DNA of 64,000 nucleotides from Thermoproteota archaeon (lineage in GTDB: Archaea; Thermoproteota; Thermoprotei_A; Sulfolobales; Ignisphaeraceae): positions 325,184 through 389,183 of the forward strand of contig JAUQPB010000002.1 in the NCBI GenBank assembly GCA_030550585.1, written 5' to 3'. The notes under the pieces were generated by a model. The model had not been told where the DNA came from, made no database searches, and saw only the letters and a program-made list of their open reading frames with translations. Within the stretch, counting starts at the first letter, position 1. Every line of letters begins with the position of its first letter. Below are positions 19,934 through 30,692 of the stretch, in pieces. Made by a program: the position numbers and the translations under genes.

Positions 19934-20052
19934 TGCACAGTCTCTTCTAAAGCCATTATCAACCAACCCCAAACCCTTTTGACATCAACAAAATCGTTCA
20001 TATATACATTAATATTTCTAAACAAATTAATGAATTAAATAACTGAGTGCAT

Positions 20053-20101
20053 CTGATGAGTGAAATCTGGTCTGAAATGTGATGTGCCTAGACCAAGCTG
20101 A
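20053..20101 (+). ncRNA. C/D box sRNA
   Basis: C CTGATGA 20053-59, 12-nt guide, D' CTGA 20072-75, C' GTGATGT 20079-85, 12-nt guide, D CTGA 20098-101. Confidence 0.88.
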
Positions 20102-20229
20102 TTAGACTTGTGATAGATGTCTTGACAGCTTCAAGCTATGGAGAAGAGACTTTAATATAAAATCTATGTGTTATCTGGCATAGGCTTATTAGTTTTGTAA
20201 TGTAGAGTAGAATAGTTGTCATTTGGCTG

Positions 20230-20799
20230 ATGTGCTTGCACAAACTGCTTGACTTCATTAAGCATCTCGAGGATTTATCTGATAGAATGTTTATTCCTAG
20301 AATCGATAGAGAAGATGGATTGGTTATATACACAATAGTGTCCACAATCGCTAGCCAGTACGAGAGGTTTGTAGCTGTTGATGCTGGTGCTGGCGTGGGC
20401 TACTCAACCCTATGGATAGTCGCTCCCCTCGAAGAAACATGTGTTAGGGGTACTGTGTTTGCTGTTGAATGGAATAGGGATAGATTCGAGGTTCTGAAAA
20501 AGAATCTTAGTGAGCTAGATGCTAGATGTGTAGATGTTGAGGTAGTGAATCAAAATGCTGTAGACTTCATCGAAATCCTTAGAGATAGTAGCATAAACTT
20601 TGTGTTTGTTGACATAGACAAGGATATGTACAGAACATTTCTTGTAAAAGCCTTGAACAAAGTTGTTAATGGAGGCGTTATAGCATTTCACAACGCGTAT
20701 ATAGTGAACAATTTCTATAAAGATGTTATTGGAGCTAGAAAATATATGGTCTCCGTAATTCCTACATCAGCAGGGATACTCCTCATAAAACTTTTTTAA
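20230..20799 (+). CDS. Class I SAM-dependent O-methyltransferase
   Basis: DAGAGVGYSTLW, FVFVDIDK, GGVIAFHN. Confidence 0.85.
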   Translation: MCLHKLLDFIKHLEDLSDRMFIPRIDREDGLVIYTIVSTIASQYERFVAVDAGAGVGYSTLWIVAPLEETCVRGTVFAVEWNRDRFEVLKKNLSELDARCVDVEVVNQNAVDFIEILRDSSINFVFVDIDKDMYRTFLVKALNKVVNGGVIAFHNAYIVNNFYKDVIGARKYMVSVIPTSAGILLIKLF

Positions 20800-20983
20800 G
20801 TCCATGAAGCTCCCATCCCCAGCTAAACAAATCCAGCCAAATCCAACAGCTACGAACTGGCAAAAAGCTGGCTTGTTTTCTGCAGAATCAACATGGTTTT
20901 GCAATAATTACAGTTGTATATGTTGCAAGAAATGAACATAGTTGTTGGAATTTGCATCATTAGATACAAAAATTGGTGAATCG

Positions 20984-21502
20984 TTAGCGCTGGTCTGCTT
21001 CAACACTTTTCCGCTTCTTCAAAGCAACTATCTCTATCAGTCCATTCCTGTAGTAATACTTAATTGATTTAGCCTCTATATCTGCCGGCAAATCAATTTC
21101 TTTTCTAAATATCTTGGAATCCTCTACAACCTCTAAGAGAATGCGCCTATCATCAACAGGTTTAACAGATATGTTCTGCTCACCAATCCCCGGAAACTCA
21201 ACTACAACCCTCACAGCATCGCCCTCGTCGTAGACGTCTATTAGGCGTTCACCGGTATTCGGCTCCTCATCAACTATAGCAACCCTTGGCCCCTCTTGTT
21301 CAAACTGTTCATCGCCAAATCTATATATCCTTGGTATCCCATCTGGTCCGATCTCTATTTTGAACCCGTAGAACCTTCTACTGTTTGGGTTTTCTTCAAG
21401 ATCCTCAAACAGGTCGTTGAAATCCTTTAGAAACTCGTTGAATAGTCTGTTAAATATTTCTCTAGCCATTCTATAAAACTCATCCCAATCATCTTCCCCC
21501 AT
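20984..21502 (-). CDS. Small heat shock protein Hsp20
   Basis: YGFKIEIGPDG.P, LIDVYD, EFPG, YRNGLIEI. Confidence 0.9.
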   Translation of the reverse strand: MGEDDWDEFYRMAREIFNRLFNEFLKDFNDLFEDLEENPNSRRFYGFKIEIGPDGIPRIYRFGDEQFEQEGPRVAIVDEEPNTGERLIDVYDEGDAVRVVVEFPGIGEQNISVKPVDDRRILLEVVEDSKIFRKEIDLPADIEAKSIKYYYRNGLIEIVALKKRKSVEADQR

Positions 21503-21655
21503 AAAACAGCGCCTCACAGCCAAAAACTTACGCTAAACAAAATATAAATTTAGCTTGTGTGAATTAGTGTGATAAACAGAGTTGTAGACATGGTTGCACT
21601 AGTTATATCAGCGTTTATACAAAATATGGGGTAGTGTTCTTCTCTATATTTTCAG

Positions 21656-22537
21656 TTATCTTTCTAATGTTTTTGTTTTGTTGGCTAGTTCTATGAAGTA
21701 TTTTGCTATTTGTGGATAGTCTTTTTCTCTATACTCTGTTGTGCTAGCCATCATGTATAGTGTTGACATTGCTTCTGCTATTATCGACGGTATCTTCTTT
21801 TCTTTTAGTGCTGATGCTATGCACATGTAGTCTTTTCCTGCCATCCAGGTCTTGAATCTTGGCGGCTTTTCCTCGAATATCCTGCTCCAGTACCTCTCGA
21901 TGATTGAGCCGAACCAGAGGCTCTTTACCGCCTCTCTAAAAATGTCTATGTCTACATCCCATGCTGTTATGAGTGCTAGAGACTCTGCTAGTATGCCCGG
22001 TATAGCCAGTCCTATGTGGTTGAGCGCCAATTTGAGTGCCATAGCCTTTGGAACATCGCCAACATATAAAACTTTTTGGCTGTACAGCTCGAATATCTTT
22101 TTGTTTTCTTCGAATAGGCTTTTGTCTCCCCCAACCATTGATAGGAGCCTACATTCTCTAGCCTCGTCACTGCTTCCATAAACAGGAGACTCTAGATAGT
22201 TTACACCAACATTTCTAAGGATTTTCATCGTTGCTATACTGGTTGATGGTGTCACCGTACTAGAGTTTATCACCAACCCTCTTTCAAGCTTGCCTTCAGA
22301 GGCTATAGCAGTGGCAACATCTAGTACAGCACTGTCATCGGTGACAAAAACTATTACAGCATCGCTATCTGCAACAAGCTTCCTAGCATTGTCATAGGCT
22401 TTCCCACCTATTTCAGAAGCTACTTTAGACGCTTTCTCATAGCTTCTACTATAAACATTTACATCTATACCCTTGGAGGAGAGGCATCTGGCTAGGTTAG
22501 ACCCCATTATACCTGTTCCTACAACCCCTATTCTCAT
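21656..22537 (-). CDS. NAD(P)-dependent beta-hydroxyacid dehydrogenase (3-hydroxyisobutyrate/6PGD family)
   Basis: GVVGTGIMG, SSTVTP, ESPVYGS, KLALN. Confidence 0.88.
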   Translation of the reverse strand: MRIGVVGTGIMGSNLARCLSSKGIDVNVYSRSYEKASKVASEIGGKAYDNARKLVADSDAVIVFVTDDSAVLDVATAIASEGKLERGLVINSSTVTPSTSIATMKILRNVGVNYLESPVYGSSDEARECRLLSMVGGDKSLFEENKKIFELYSQKVLYVGDVPKAMALKLALNHIGLAIPGILAESLALITAWDVDIDIFREAVKSLWFGSIIERYWSRIFEEKPPRFKTWMAGKDYMCIASALKEKKIPSIIAEAMSTLYMMASTTEYREKDYPQIAKYFIELANKTKTLER

Positions 22538-22611
22538 TGTCTATGCCACCAAATAAGGTTTTTTATATAGCAATATATAAGACTTTTAGTGTTGCCCCAT
22601 GTAGAACAGCT

Positions 22612-23529
22612 CTACAGCTTTTCCAGGATTTCCCCAAGCCTCTTCTTAGCCTCTTCCACACTCCCATAGCTCTTGAGCCTCTCGATAAGCTCTCTAAACA
22701 TCTTCCCAACACCCCTGTCCTGGAAGAGCATCGCTAGGCCCTCCTCAATAACGCTCTCATCTAGGTACACCATCTTGGCTGATACACCACCATCTATAAC
22801 TATATTCACACCAGTTATCCACGAAGCTTCATCAGATGCTAGAAAAGCTACTAGAGCGGCTATATCCTCGGGTCTCCCAACCCTTCCAGCTGGATGCCAC
22901 ATGTGGTCTAATGGCGATAGCCTAGACCCTTTTGGCGGTATCTGCCAAGCTGATGTGTCTATCCAGCCAGGCGAGACGGAAACAACTCTTATCCCATATT
23001 TTGCAAGTGATATTGCTAGCGCGTGGGTGAGGGCAATCAGCCCGCCTTTGGAGGCTGAGTAGGGCTCTGTATTCGGCTCCGACTGGAAGGCTCTTGTAGA
23101 AGCGATGTTTATTATAACACCACCGCTCAGCTTCATATATCTAACAGCGTGTTTTGAGCATAGCCAGGGGCCAGTAAGATTAACGTCTATGATCCTTCTC
23201 CACTCATCTAGAGTTTGCTCCTCCAAGCTCTTGCCAGAAAACCCTATTCCAGCATTGTTGACAAGAACGTTTATGGCTTTGAACCTCTTGTAGACTGTGT
23301 CAATAGCCTCTCTAACATGATCTTCGTTGGACACATCAGCATATATAAAAATCGATTCTATGCTCATGGAACTGAGCATCTTAACTCTTTGTTCGCCGGC
23401 CTCCCTATCAACATCCAGTATAGCTACTTTGCACCCCTCTAAACCTAGTCTATGAGCTATTGCTGCTCCTATCCCCCTGGCACCGCCAGTCACAACACAT
23501 ACCTTCCCAACAAATCTGTTCATGCCCAT
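22612..23529 (-). CDS. Short-chain dehydrogenase/reductase
   Basis: TGGARGIG, NNAG, YSASKGG, PGWIDT. Confidence 0.93.
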   Translation of the reverse strand: MGMNRFVGKVCVVTGGARGIGAAIAHRLGLEGCKVAILDVDREAGEQRVKMLSSMSIESIFIYADVSNEDHVREAIDTVYKRFKAINVLVNNAGIGFSGKSLEEQTLDEWRRIIDVNLTGPWLCSKHAVRYMKLSGGVIINIASTRAFQSEPNTEPYSASKGGLIALTHALAISLAKYGIRVVSVSPGWIDTSAWQIPPKGSRLSPLDHMWHPAGRVGRPEDIAALVAFLASDEASWITGVNIVIDGGVSAKMVYLDESVIEEGLAMLFQDRGVGKMFRELIERLKSYGSVEEAKKRLGEILEKL

Positions 23530-23666
23530 ATATAATCAGCCAAAAAGACCTTTGCATATATGAGGTATAAAAATGCATGCAGATGGGTGCTAGGCTGAGA
23601 AGATACCACCATATAAAGGCACTAGAAACTCCTCATTGTAGTTCCAAAACCGGTTTGTGTTTGGAG

Positions 23667-24617
23667 CTAGCTTTGGCTTGGTATCCACAGGTATAGTGGC
23701 TTGCCCACAAACTCTGTTGACAAACCGTTTTCCATGTTGCTTACTCCGCCAATCTTTATCTCAACACCTTTGATCTCGATGTCTAGACCCAGAAGCTGTT
23801 GCAACAAGCTCTTCGGCTTCTCGATCTTTACAACTGGTGCTTGTGGGGATAGGCCAGCTAGTTGCCTAGCTATATTAACTGCATCGTCTAGTGTGCCGAC
23901 ATAGTCTGCCAAACCCACTTTGACAGCATCTTCGCCGAGGTATATCCTCGCCTGGAAAACCTCGCTATCGCTAATTTTTCTATGCTCCCTAACCCTCTCT
24001 ATGAATATCTGGGCAGTTTTATTCACAATGTCTTGTAGGATTTCAACCTCTTTTTGCGTCAATGGCCTGAACGGGGATGTGATGTCCTTGTACACACCAG
24101 ATTTTAGCACAGTTACATTGACTCCAAGCTTATTCAGAAGATCCTCAATGTTGACAACCTCCATAACAGCGCCAACAGAGCCTACAAGCGCATGTGGATT
24201 CACCACAATTTTTTGCGCTGGAAGAGAGATGTAGTAGCCGCCACTAGCCAAAACTTCTGGAGAGTAGACAACAACGGGCTTCGACTCGGCAAGCCTCTTA
24301 ATCAACTGGTATATCTCCTCAGATGCAGCTGCAGACCCACCTGGGCTGTTAATCGATATGACAACAGCTCTTATAGATGGGTCGGAGAGGGCTTGATCTA
24401 CATAGTACTTCACATCAGACGGTGTTATAGAGCCACTCGAAACTATGTTTAGAGAGGCGCCGCTATAGCTTATAGTCCCGCTAAGCTCTATCAACGCCAC
24501 CGCCCCTATCCTCAGCCTCTCTATCTGCTGAACGAAAAACCATATCGAAACCCCCAAAACAATTGATGCAACAACAGCTACCGAAACTATTATGATTAGC
24601 AATGTTCTTCTCTTCAT
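23667..24617 (-). CDS. sppA: Signal peptide peptidase SppA (S49)
   Basis: N-terminal TM, INSPGG, ASGGYY, GSVG, KSGVYKD, GLAD. Confidence 0.92.
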   Translation of the reverse strand: MKRRTLLIIIVSVAVVASIVLGVSIWFFVQQIERLRIGAVALIELSGTISYSGASLNIVSSGSITPSDVKYYVDQALSDPSIRAVVISINSPGGSAAASEEIYQLIKRLAESKPVVVYSPEVLASGGYYISLPAQKIVVNPHALVGSVGAVMEVVNIEDLLNKLGVNVTVLKSGVYKDITSPFRPLTQKEVEILQDIVNKTAQIFIERVREHRKISDSEVFQARIYLGEDAVKVGLADYVGTLDDAVNIARQLAGLSPQAPVVKIEKPKSLLQQLLGLDIEIKGVEIKIGGVSNMENGLSTEFVGKPLYLWIPSQS

Positions 24618-24776
24618 AAATAGCACCAAAATATTCTGTAGTACAATAAATGATTTGAATAGATATATAAATATTTTTTACTGTAGTGGCAAAGAGACTG
24701 CCTAAGGTAAGCAAACATGCGTAGATACTAATGAGTTTATATGTTTGCCTTCCATAAATAGTGATTCTAGTGTGAG

Positions 24777-25460
24777 ATGGTGTCTACACAATCTACAGGC
24801 CTGTCATTGGCAGAGCCTCTGGAGAGGATTAGGTCAGGAACCCCGATAATAACAATAGGATCTTTGCTTAAGAGCATCGGAAACGTGATATTGATGATGT
24901 TAATACCATCGATATTAAAGGTGCTTGCAAACCCACGCTCAATAGTGCATGCAATATCCGGAGGCATTTTTGCTATAGTCCTTTCGTTTATAGGATTCAT
25001 AGTGATTTTGGTTGGTTTGTACACAGGATTGGTTCCAGGTGTTAGAAGGCTTTCAAAGATTGATGACAGGTTCTCAACAGCTTCAACACTTATAAGAATT
25101 GGATATGTGTGGGGGATGATACTGCTAGTAATAGGAATTGCTATTGCTGTTGTAGGACTCATATCCTACCTTCCTGTTGTCATATCTCGTGGCAGGCAAT
25201 TCGCTGTGGAGCCTCTTGCTGTATTGGCTACAGGTGCGATCATGACAATATTTAGTTTGATACTTATGTTACTAGGCTATATAGGGATTATAATACTTGC
25301 ATTTAAATTTAATGATGTTGAACATGATGGTCTTTATCTAGCGGCTGGAATACTCTTCATATTAGGCATATTCGTACCATTTGCAACGTTTGTGGCATGG
25401 ATACTCATGTATATAGCCCTTGGAAAGAGTATCGAAAGGCATAAGGCACCTTCACAATAG
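24777..25460 (+). CDS. DUF973-like membrane protein
   Basis: Multiple TM helices; LLGYIG and LAAGILFI..FVAWILMY pattern; paralog of 55694-56377. Confidence 0.7.
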   Translation: MVSTQSTGLSLAEPLERIRSGTPIITIGSLLKSIGNVILMMLIPSILKVLANPRSIVHAISGGIFAIVLSFIGFIVILVGLYTGLVPGVRRLSKIDDRFSTASTLIRIGYVWGMILLVIGIAIAVVGLISYLPVVISRGRQFAVEPLAVLATGAIMTIFSLILMLLGYIGIIILAFKFNDVEHDGLYLAAGILFILGIFVPFATFVAWILMYIALGKSIERHKAPSQ

Positions 25461-25568
25461 CCTGTCCCAGCACCAGCATCATCTCCTGTCCAAATATTGT
25501 AGTAAAACATTGTAAATACGCCACATTTTTATTTTGTCGCCATCGCCAAATTCTTTTAAAAAACTGTT

Positions 25569-26186
25569 TTGGTGTTGGAGGTGCTTGTTGGGGAGGGGAG
25601 CGTAGTTGTTGAATTGATAGAAAAGCTTGTTAGAATGCTTGTTCCAGACGATGTGGCTCATGGCATTGGCCATGTGATGAGGGTTAGAGATCTAGCTCTA
25701 GAGATTGCCAGCATGGTTGAGGAGCCTGTTGATAGAGAGGTTTTGGAGCTGGCTGCTCTTCTACATGATGTAGGGAGGCTCTATAGTGATGAGGGGCATG
25801 CTAAGAGAAGTGCAGAGATTGCTAGGATACTTCTAGAGCTTGCAAACTATCCAAAGGATAGAATAGACAGGGTTGTAGAAGCCATAGAATCCCACAGCTT
25901 CTCCGAGGGCAAAGAGCCTAGAACTATTGAAGCTAAGATTCTCAGCGATGCTGATAAGTTAGATGCGTTGGGGGCGATAGGAATAGCAAGAGTATTTTCA
26001 CATAGTTGTGTCAAGAGCAGGTCACTTGAAGACAGCTTGAAGCACTTTCACGACAAAATCTTGCAGTTACCAAAAATGATGTTTACAGAACCTGGGAAGA
26101 GAATGGCAATCAAAAGAATTGAAATTATTGAAAGGTTTCTTGCAGAACTTGAGCAAGAATTAGAAGTATCAAGAACGCGTGGCTGA
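25569..26186 (+). CDS. HD-domain phosphohydrolase
   Basis: HGIGHV.RV, LLHDVGR, HSFS, DADKLDALGAIG. Confidence 0.9.
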   Translation: MVLEVLVGEGSVVVELIEKLVRMLVPDDVAHGIGHVMRVRDLALEIASMVEEPVDREVLELAALLHDVGRLYSDEGHAKRSAEIARILLELANYPKDRIDRVVEAIESHSFSEGKEPRTIEAKILSDADKLDALGAIGIARVFSHSCVKSRSLEDSLKHFHDKILQLPKMMFTEPGKRMAIKRIEIIERFLAELEQELEVSRTRG

Positions 26187-26202
26187 AACTGGGATTAGTA
26201 GT

Positions 26203-26252
26203 TCAGGGAGGGGGCCACCACATCACAAATCAGAATGACTATCGATCATCAT
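26203..26252 (-). ncRNA. C/D box sRNA
   Basis: Minus strand reads ATGATGA-TCGATAGTCATT-CTGA-TTT-GTGATGT-GGTGGCCCCCTCC-CTGA. Confidence 0.88.
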
Positions 26253-26615
26253 ATCCAAGCATGTAGCACAGTTATGTTACTGTTGTTTCCGCAGATATCC
26301 TTTGCATTTACACTATTTTGTGTTACAAATCTTTTTAGTGTTAACAGCTTTTCAATGACGTCTTCACCAACTTTAAGCGCCGTAGCATTGTTAGGTATAC
26401 ATCAGCTTGATTCAGCTCAGACTCCGAGGTTTAAGTCTTGAGCACGCCACTCTATGTAATACACATCCTCAGGCTATGTAATTGTGGTTTCATTTTATAC
26501 TGGGATTCGTATACTCTTCGTATAATTGATTGTTGACAACATTGTTGAACAAGGTGCAAAATCTTGTTATGCCAAATTGTTGTGGCAAAGAAAAATTTGA
26601 TATCTTGATCAAACC

Positions 26616-27664
26616 TCAAAGTTTTCCATGTGATAGATAGTTACTTATGCTCCTCCCTGCTCTGAGGCCACTCCCATATGCACTGCCTATAAAGCTTGGT
26701 CCCGCTACAACATCTCCTGCTGCAAAAATATTTTCTTTGTTTGTCTGATGATATTTGTTAACTATTATCTTACAAGAAGATCCGTCGAGCGATATTAATG
26801 TGTAATGCCTTGTGAATGGTGGTGTTGGGATCTCACCTACTGCAAGTATTATTAGATCTGCTTCCATAACAAGTTTTGAGCCTGGTATGGGTATAGGCCT
26901 TGGTCTGCCAGTTTAATCGGGTTCTCCAAGTTTTGTCTTAGTAAACTCTACACCGATTGCAATACCGTTTTCTGATATTATTTTTGTTGGTTGTAAGAGC
27001 TCAATCCATTTCACACCTTTTCTGATAACGCTATTTATTGTGTGGATCCCTGCAGGAGCTTCGGAAGCGGCTCTTCTATAAACCATGTAGACCTCTGCGC
27101 CTGTTTCCAAAGCTTTTCAGTTGCGTTAACAGCTGAAAGACCTGCTCCAATCACAATCACTCTGTTTCCTTTTGGTGGCTTCTCTGATATGAGCCCCATT
27201 TCATATAATTTCCAGTGATATAGGTATTCAAGAGCTGAGAGAACATTTTTGCTGTCCTCACCCTCGATACCAAGCCTTCTCGAATTCCATGTTCCAATAG
27301 CAATCAAAATAGCTTTGTATCTATTAGCAATGTCCTCGAGATCAACAAAGTTTTTGACTAGGTCATCCCCCTTGTCATGTCTCTTCAACCCTTTTGCAAA
27401 AACTTTTGTATTGAAATAGAACTTAACTGAAAGCCTGTTCTTCAAATCTTCTACGCCATCAACTATACTATCAGGATCAATTCTATGACTAGGTATTGCA
27501 AACAACATCATACCACCTGCATATGGAAGTTTATCATAGACGTCAACCTCAAAACCCTCGCATGCAAGATACCCGGCAGCGGCTAAGCCCGCGGGTCCGG
27601 CGCCTATAATGGCTATAGAGCCTCTCTTTCCACCACCTACTCTACATGGAGGTGCAAACCTCGT
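26616..27664 (-). pseudogene. GltD/SudA-like FAD/NADPH oxidoreductase pseudogene
   Basis: IIGAGPAGL, VIGAGLSA, IFAAGDV motifs spread over three ORF pieces; frameshift at ~27112, in-frame TAA at 26913-15, ACG at the expected start. Confidence 0.85.
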
Positions 27665-27996
27665 TACACATCACCTATAAACAATTAGACCACGCTATCT
27701 TCGGTTTCTGTATCAGCAATCTCCTTTATAATCCTTTTACTATTGACATACATTCTTCAAGCAATCCTATTTCACAAGCTTTGGAAGAACAGTGCTGGTA
27801 GACGAAATGTAAATAATGACATTCTATTCCAATTTCATATCTATTCAAAACCATTAGTACTCGAAATGGATGGCAGCGCTATTGACGACATTGTCAGATA
27901 TTGGATTTGGATAATTTTGTGTTTTCACAATTAAACGTTTGTTTAAAGCCTATAAAGTTTGTGTTGCATAAAACAGAGTGGTTGTGGGTCTTTGGT

Positions 27997-28935
27997 ATGA
28001 GCTCTGAAAACGATTTGATATCCAAGATTAGCGAGCTCAAAAAGGATTTGAATGCGGTGATACTTGCACACAACTATCAGAATCCCGAGGTTCAGGATAT
28101 CGCTGATTTTGTTGGCGATAGTCTAGAGCTGTCCATTAAGGCTATGCAGAGTGGGTCAAGGGTTATTGTATTCGCTGGTGTTGACTTCATGGCTGAGCAG
28201 GCTGCGGTGCTAAACGAGAATTCCGTGGTTCTTCACCCTGAGCCTGGTGCCAGATGCCCAATGGCGTCAATGATTTCTGTAGATGATGTTGAAATGGCTA
28301 GGCGTAGATATCCCAGAGCACCTGTTGTAGTATATGTTAACAGCCCTGCTGTCGTTAAGGCTAGGGCTGACTACATTGTTACTAGTGCCAATGCTGTCGA
28401 GGTTGTCAAGGCGATTGAGGCAGAGCAGATTATATTTGGTCCTGACAAGCATTTAGCTGATTATATTTCTGAAAAGACTGGTAAGGTTGTTATACCCATT
28501 CCTGAATATGGTTATTGTCCTGTACACACAAGATTTGAGTATAGCACCATCAAAATGCTTAAGTCGATATACAAAGACAGCGTTTTCATAGCCCATCCAG
28601 AGTGTCCTAGGGATATAAGGGGCATTGCTGATTTTGTTGGTAGCACAAGCCAGATGGTGAAATATGTCAAGAGTTGCAAAGCTAGATGCTTTTTAATAGG
28701 AACAGAAATAGGTATTATACATAGGTTGATGAAGGAGAGAGGAGATGCTGCGTATATCCCAGCCTCAACATCAGCCATATGCGAAAACATGAAGAAGATA
28801 ACGCTTGAGAAAATCTACTACAGTCTGAAGCATGGTATGTATAGGGTATCTGTAGATAGCTCTATTGCATATCGTGTTAGAAAGGCAATTGAAAACACGT
28901 TCAATGTTCTTGGGTTTGAGGTGCCATGGAAATAG
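27997..28935 (+). CDS. nadA: Quinolinate synthase
   Basis: ILAHNYQ, GDSL, GVDFMAE, CPMA, YVNS, CPVH, AHPEC, GSTS, CENMKK. Confidence 0.96.
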   Translation: MSSENDLISKISELKKDLNAVILAHNYQNPEVQDIADFVGDSLELSIKAMQSGSRVIVFAGVDFMAEQAAVLNENSVVLHPEPGARCPMASMISVDDVEMARRRYPRAPVVVYVNSPAVVKARADYIVTSANAVEVVKAIEAEQIIFGPDKHLADYISEKTGKVVIPIPEYGYCPVHTRFEYSTIKMLKSIYKDSVFIAHPECPRDIRGIADFVGSTSQMVKYVKSCKARCFLIGTEIGIIHRLMKERGDAAYIPASTSAICENMKKITLEKIYYSLKHGMYRVSVDSSIAYRVRKAIENTFNVLGFEVPWK

Positions 28936-29780
28936 TCTTTAGGAGATTCCTAGATTTCATATATGAGGATAATCCGTTCTGGGATCTTACTACAGAGGCT
29001 CTGGTGTCTGAGAACATAAATGTGAAGGCCGCTATAGTGGCTAGAGAAGATGGTTTAGTTGCATGTGTAGAGGATGTGGCCAGCATTCTTAGGAGGCTTG
29101 GCCTTAGTGTAAAGATTGTTGTTGGTGATGGGGGATATGTGAAGAAGGGGGATATTGTGATGGAGATTACCGGAAACGCTAGAACGGTACTATCTATAGA
29201 GCGAACTATGCTAAACCTGCTAATGCATTGTAGTGGCATTGCAACAACTGTGAGAAGACTTGTTAACAGGGTTAGAGAAGTCAATAGCCGTGTGAGGGTA
29301 GCAGCTACTAGAAAGACCCTACCTGGGCTGAGATACTTTGAGAAGAAAGCTGTGCTAATTGGTGGTGGGGATACTCACAGACTTTCTCTAAGCGATGCAA
29401 TTTTGATTAAAGATAATCATATAAAGATTGTTGGAGATGTGGCCAAAGCCGTTAGAATTGCACGAGAAAAGAAGAGTTTTATCCACGAAATAGAGGTTGA
29501 GGTAACAAATGCCAGTGATGCTATAGCAGCTGCAGAAGCTGGTGCAAACATCATAATGTTTGACAATATGACTCCAGAAGAGGTTCGGAGGGCTATTGAG
29601 GAGCTCAGGAAGAGGGGGCTTAGAGACAGAGTCTTAATCGAGGTCTCGGGTGGCATAACAGAAGACAATATTATTGACTATGCCAAGCTAGATGTCGATA
29701 TAATCAGTTGTGGCTGGATCACGTTATCAAGCAAGGCATTGGATATGAGTCTAGAGATTATCGAGGTTTTGGAGAAATGA
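28926..29780 (+). CDS. nadC: Quinolinate phosphoribosyltransferase
   Basis: ERT.LN, ATRKT.PG, HR.SLSD, IKDNH, EVEV, FDN, SGGI. Confidence 0.96.
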   Translation: MEIVFRRFLDFIYEDNPFWDLTTEALVSENINVKAAIVAREDGLVACVEDVASILRRLGLSVKIVVGDGGYVKKGDIVMEITGNARTVLSIERTMLNLLMHCSGIATTVRRLVNRVREVNSRVRVAATRKTLPGLRYFEKKAVLIGGGDTHRLSLSDAILIKDNHIKIVGDVAKAVRIAREKKSFIHEIEVEVTNASDAIAAAEAGANIIMFDNMTPEEVRRAIEELRKRGLRDRVLIEVSGGITEDNIIDYAKLDVDIISCGWITLSSKALDMSLEIIEVLEK

Positions 29781-30595
29781 TGAAGAGGCTTGCTCTAATT
29801 GGCTGTGGTGCAATAGGCTCTGTGATAGTAGATGCTATAGCTAGGGGAGAGATAGAGGCAAAGCTCGTAGCCTTGATGGATATGCACCCAGATAGGTGCA
29901 CCTCCCTTGCGAAGAAAATTTCTGAAGAGGTAAAGATTTGCAAAGATATTGAATGTATATTCGAGTTGAAGCCACACATAGTTGTAGAGGCAGCGTCTCA
30001 AGAGGCTGTAAGAGAATATGTTCCGGCATTGGTTGGCAGGGGGATAGACGTTGTTGTGTTAAGTGTTGGTGCTCTTCTTGAGAAGAAGCTGTTAAATGAG
30101 TTAATCGAGTTGAGCAGAGCATCTAAAGCGAGAATCTATGTGCCGTCAGGCGCTATCGGAGGGATAGATGCTGTAAAGGCTATAGGTATTGTAGGCGTCA
30201 AGAAAGTTGTTTTAAGAACAACAAAAAATGTGAAGGCGTTTGACCCCAACACGCTGAAACAGCTTGGGATAGACCCAAACAAAATAACGCATAGAACAAT
30301 AGTGTTCCAGGGGCCGGCGTCGGTTGCCACAAAAATGTTTCCGGCCAACATCAACGTTGTTGCAACACTAGCGCTGGCTACAGGGATGGAGCCATATGTC
30401 GAGATTTATGCTGATCCAGAAGCTGATAGTAATGTGCATGAGATTGAGGTGGAAAGCAATGTCTCAAAAATCTATATAAAGATGGTTAACAGGCCACACC
30501 CGCAAAATCCTAGAACAAGCTATATAGCGGCATTGTCTGTGATAAAACTGTTGAAGCAGTTGTGCAACAATGACGCTCTCTATGTAGGTGTATAA
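29777..30595 (+). CDS. nadX: L-aspartate dehydrogenase
   Basis: IGCGAIG, VEAAS, SGAIGGID, FPANINV, NPRTS; ATGA overlap with nadC. Confidence 0.93.
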   Translation: MMKRLALIGCGAIGSVIVDAIARGEIEAKLVALMDMHPDRCTSLAKKISEEVKICKDIECIFELKPHIVVEAASQEAVREYVPALVGRGIDVVVLSVGALLEKKLLNELIELSRASKARIYVPSGAIGGIDAVKAIGIVGVKKVVLRTTKNVKAFDPNTLKQLGIDPNKITHRTIVFQGPASVATKMFPANINVVATLALATGMEPYVEIYADPEADSNVHEIEVESNVSKIYIKMVNRPHPQNPRTSYIAALSVIKLLKQLCNNDALYVGV

Positions 30596-30692
30596 AACTT
30601 TTACATTCTTTAAACACACAGATGAGTCTTCTAAGCTTTTCAGAAAACAGCTTTAATTTGGATCTGCGAAAATGGGAGAATTGGTGCATAAA

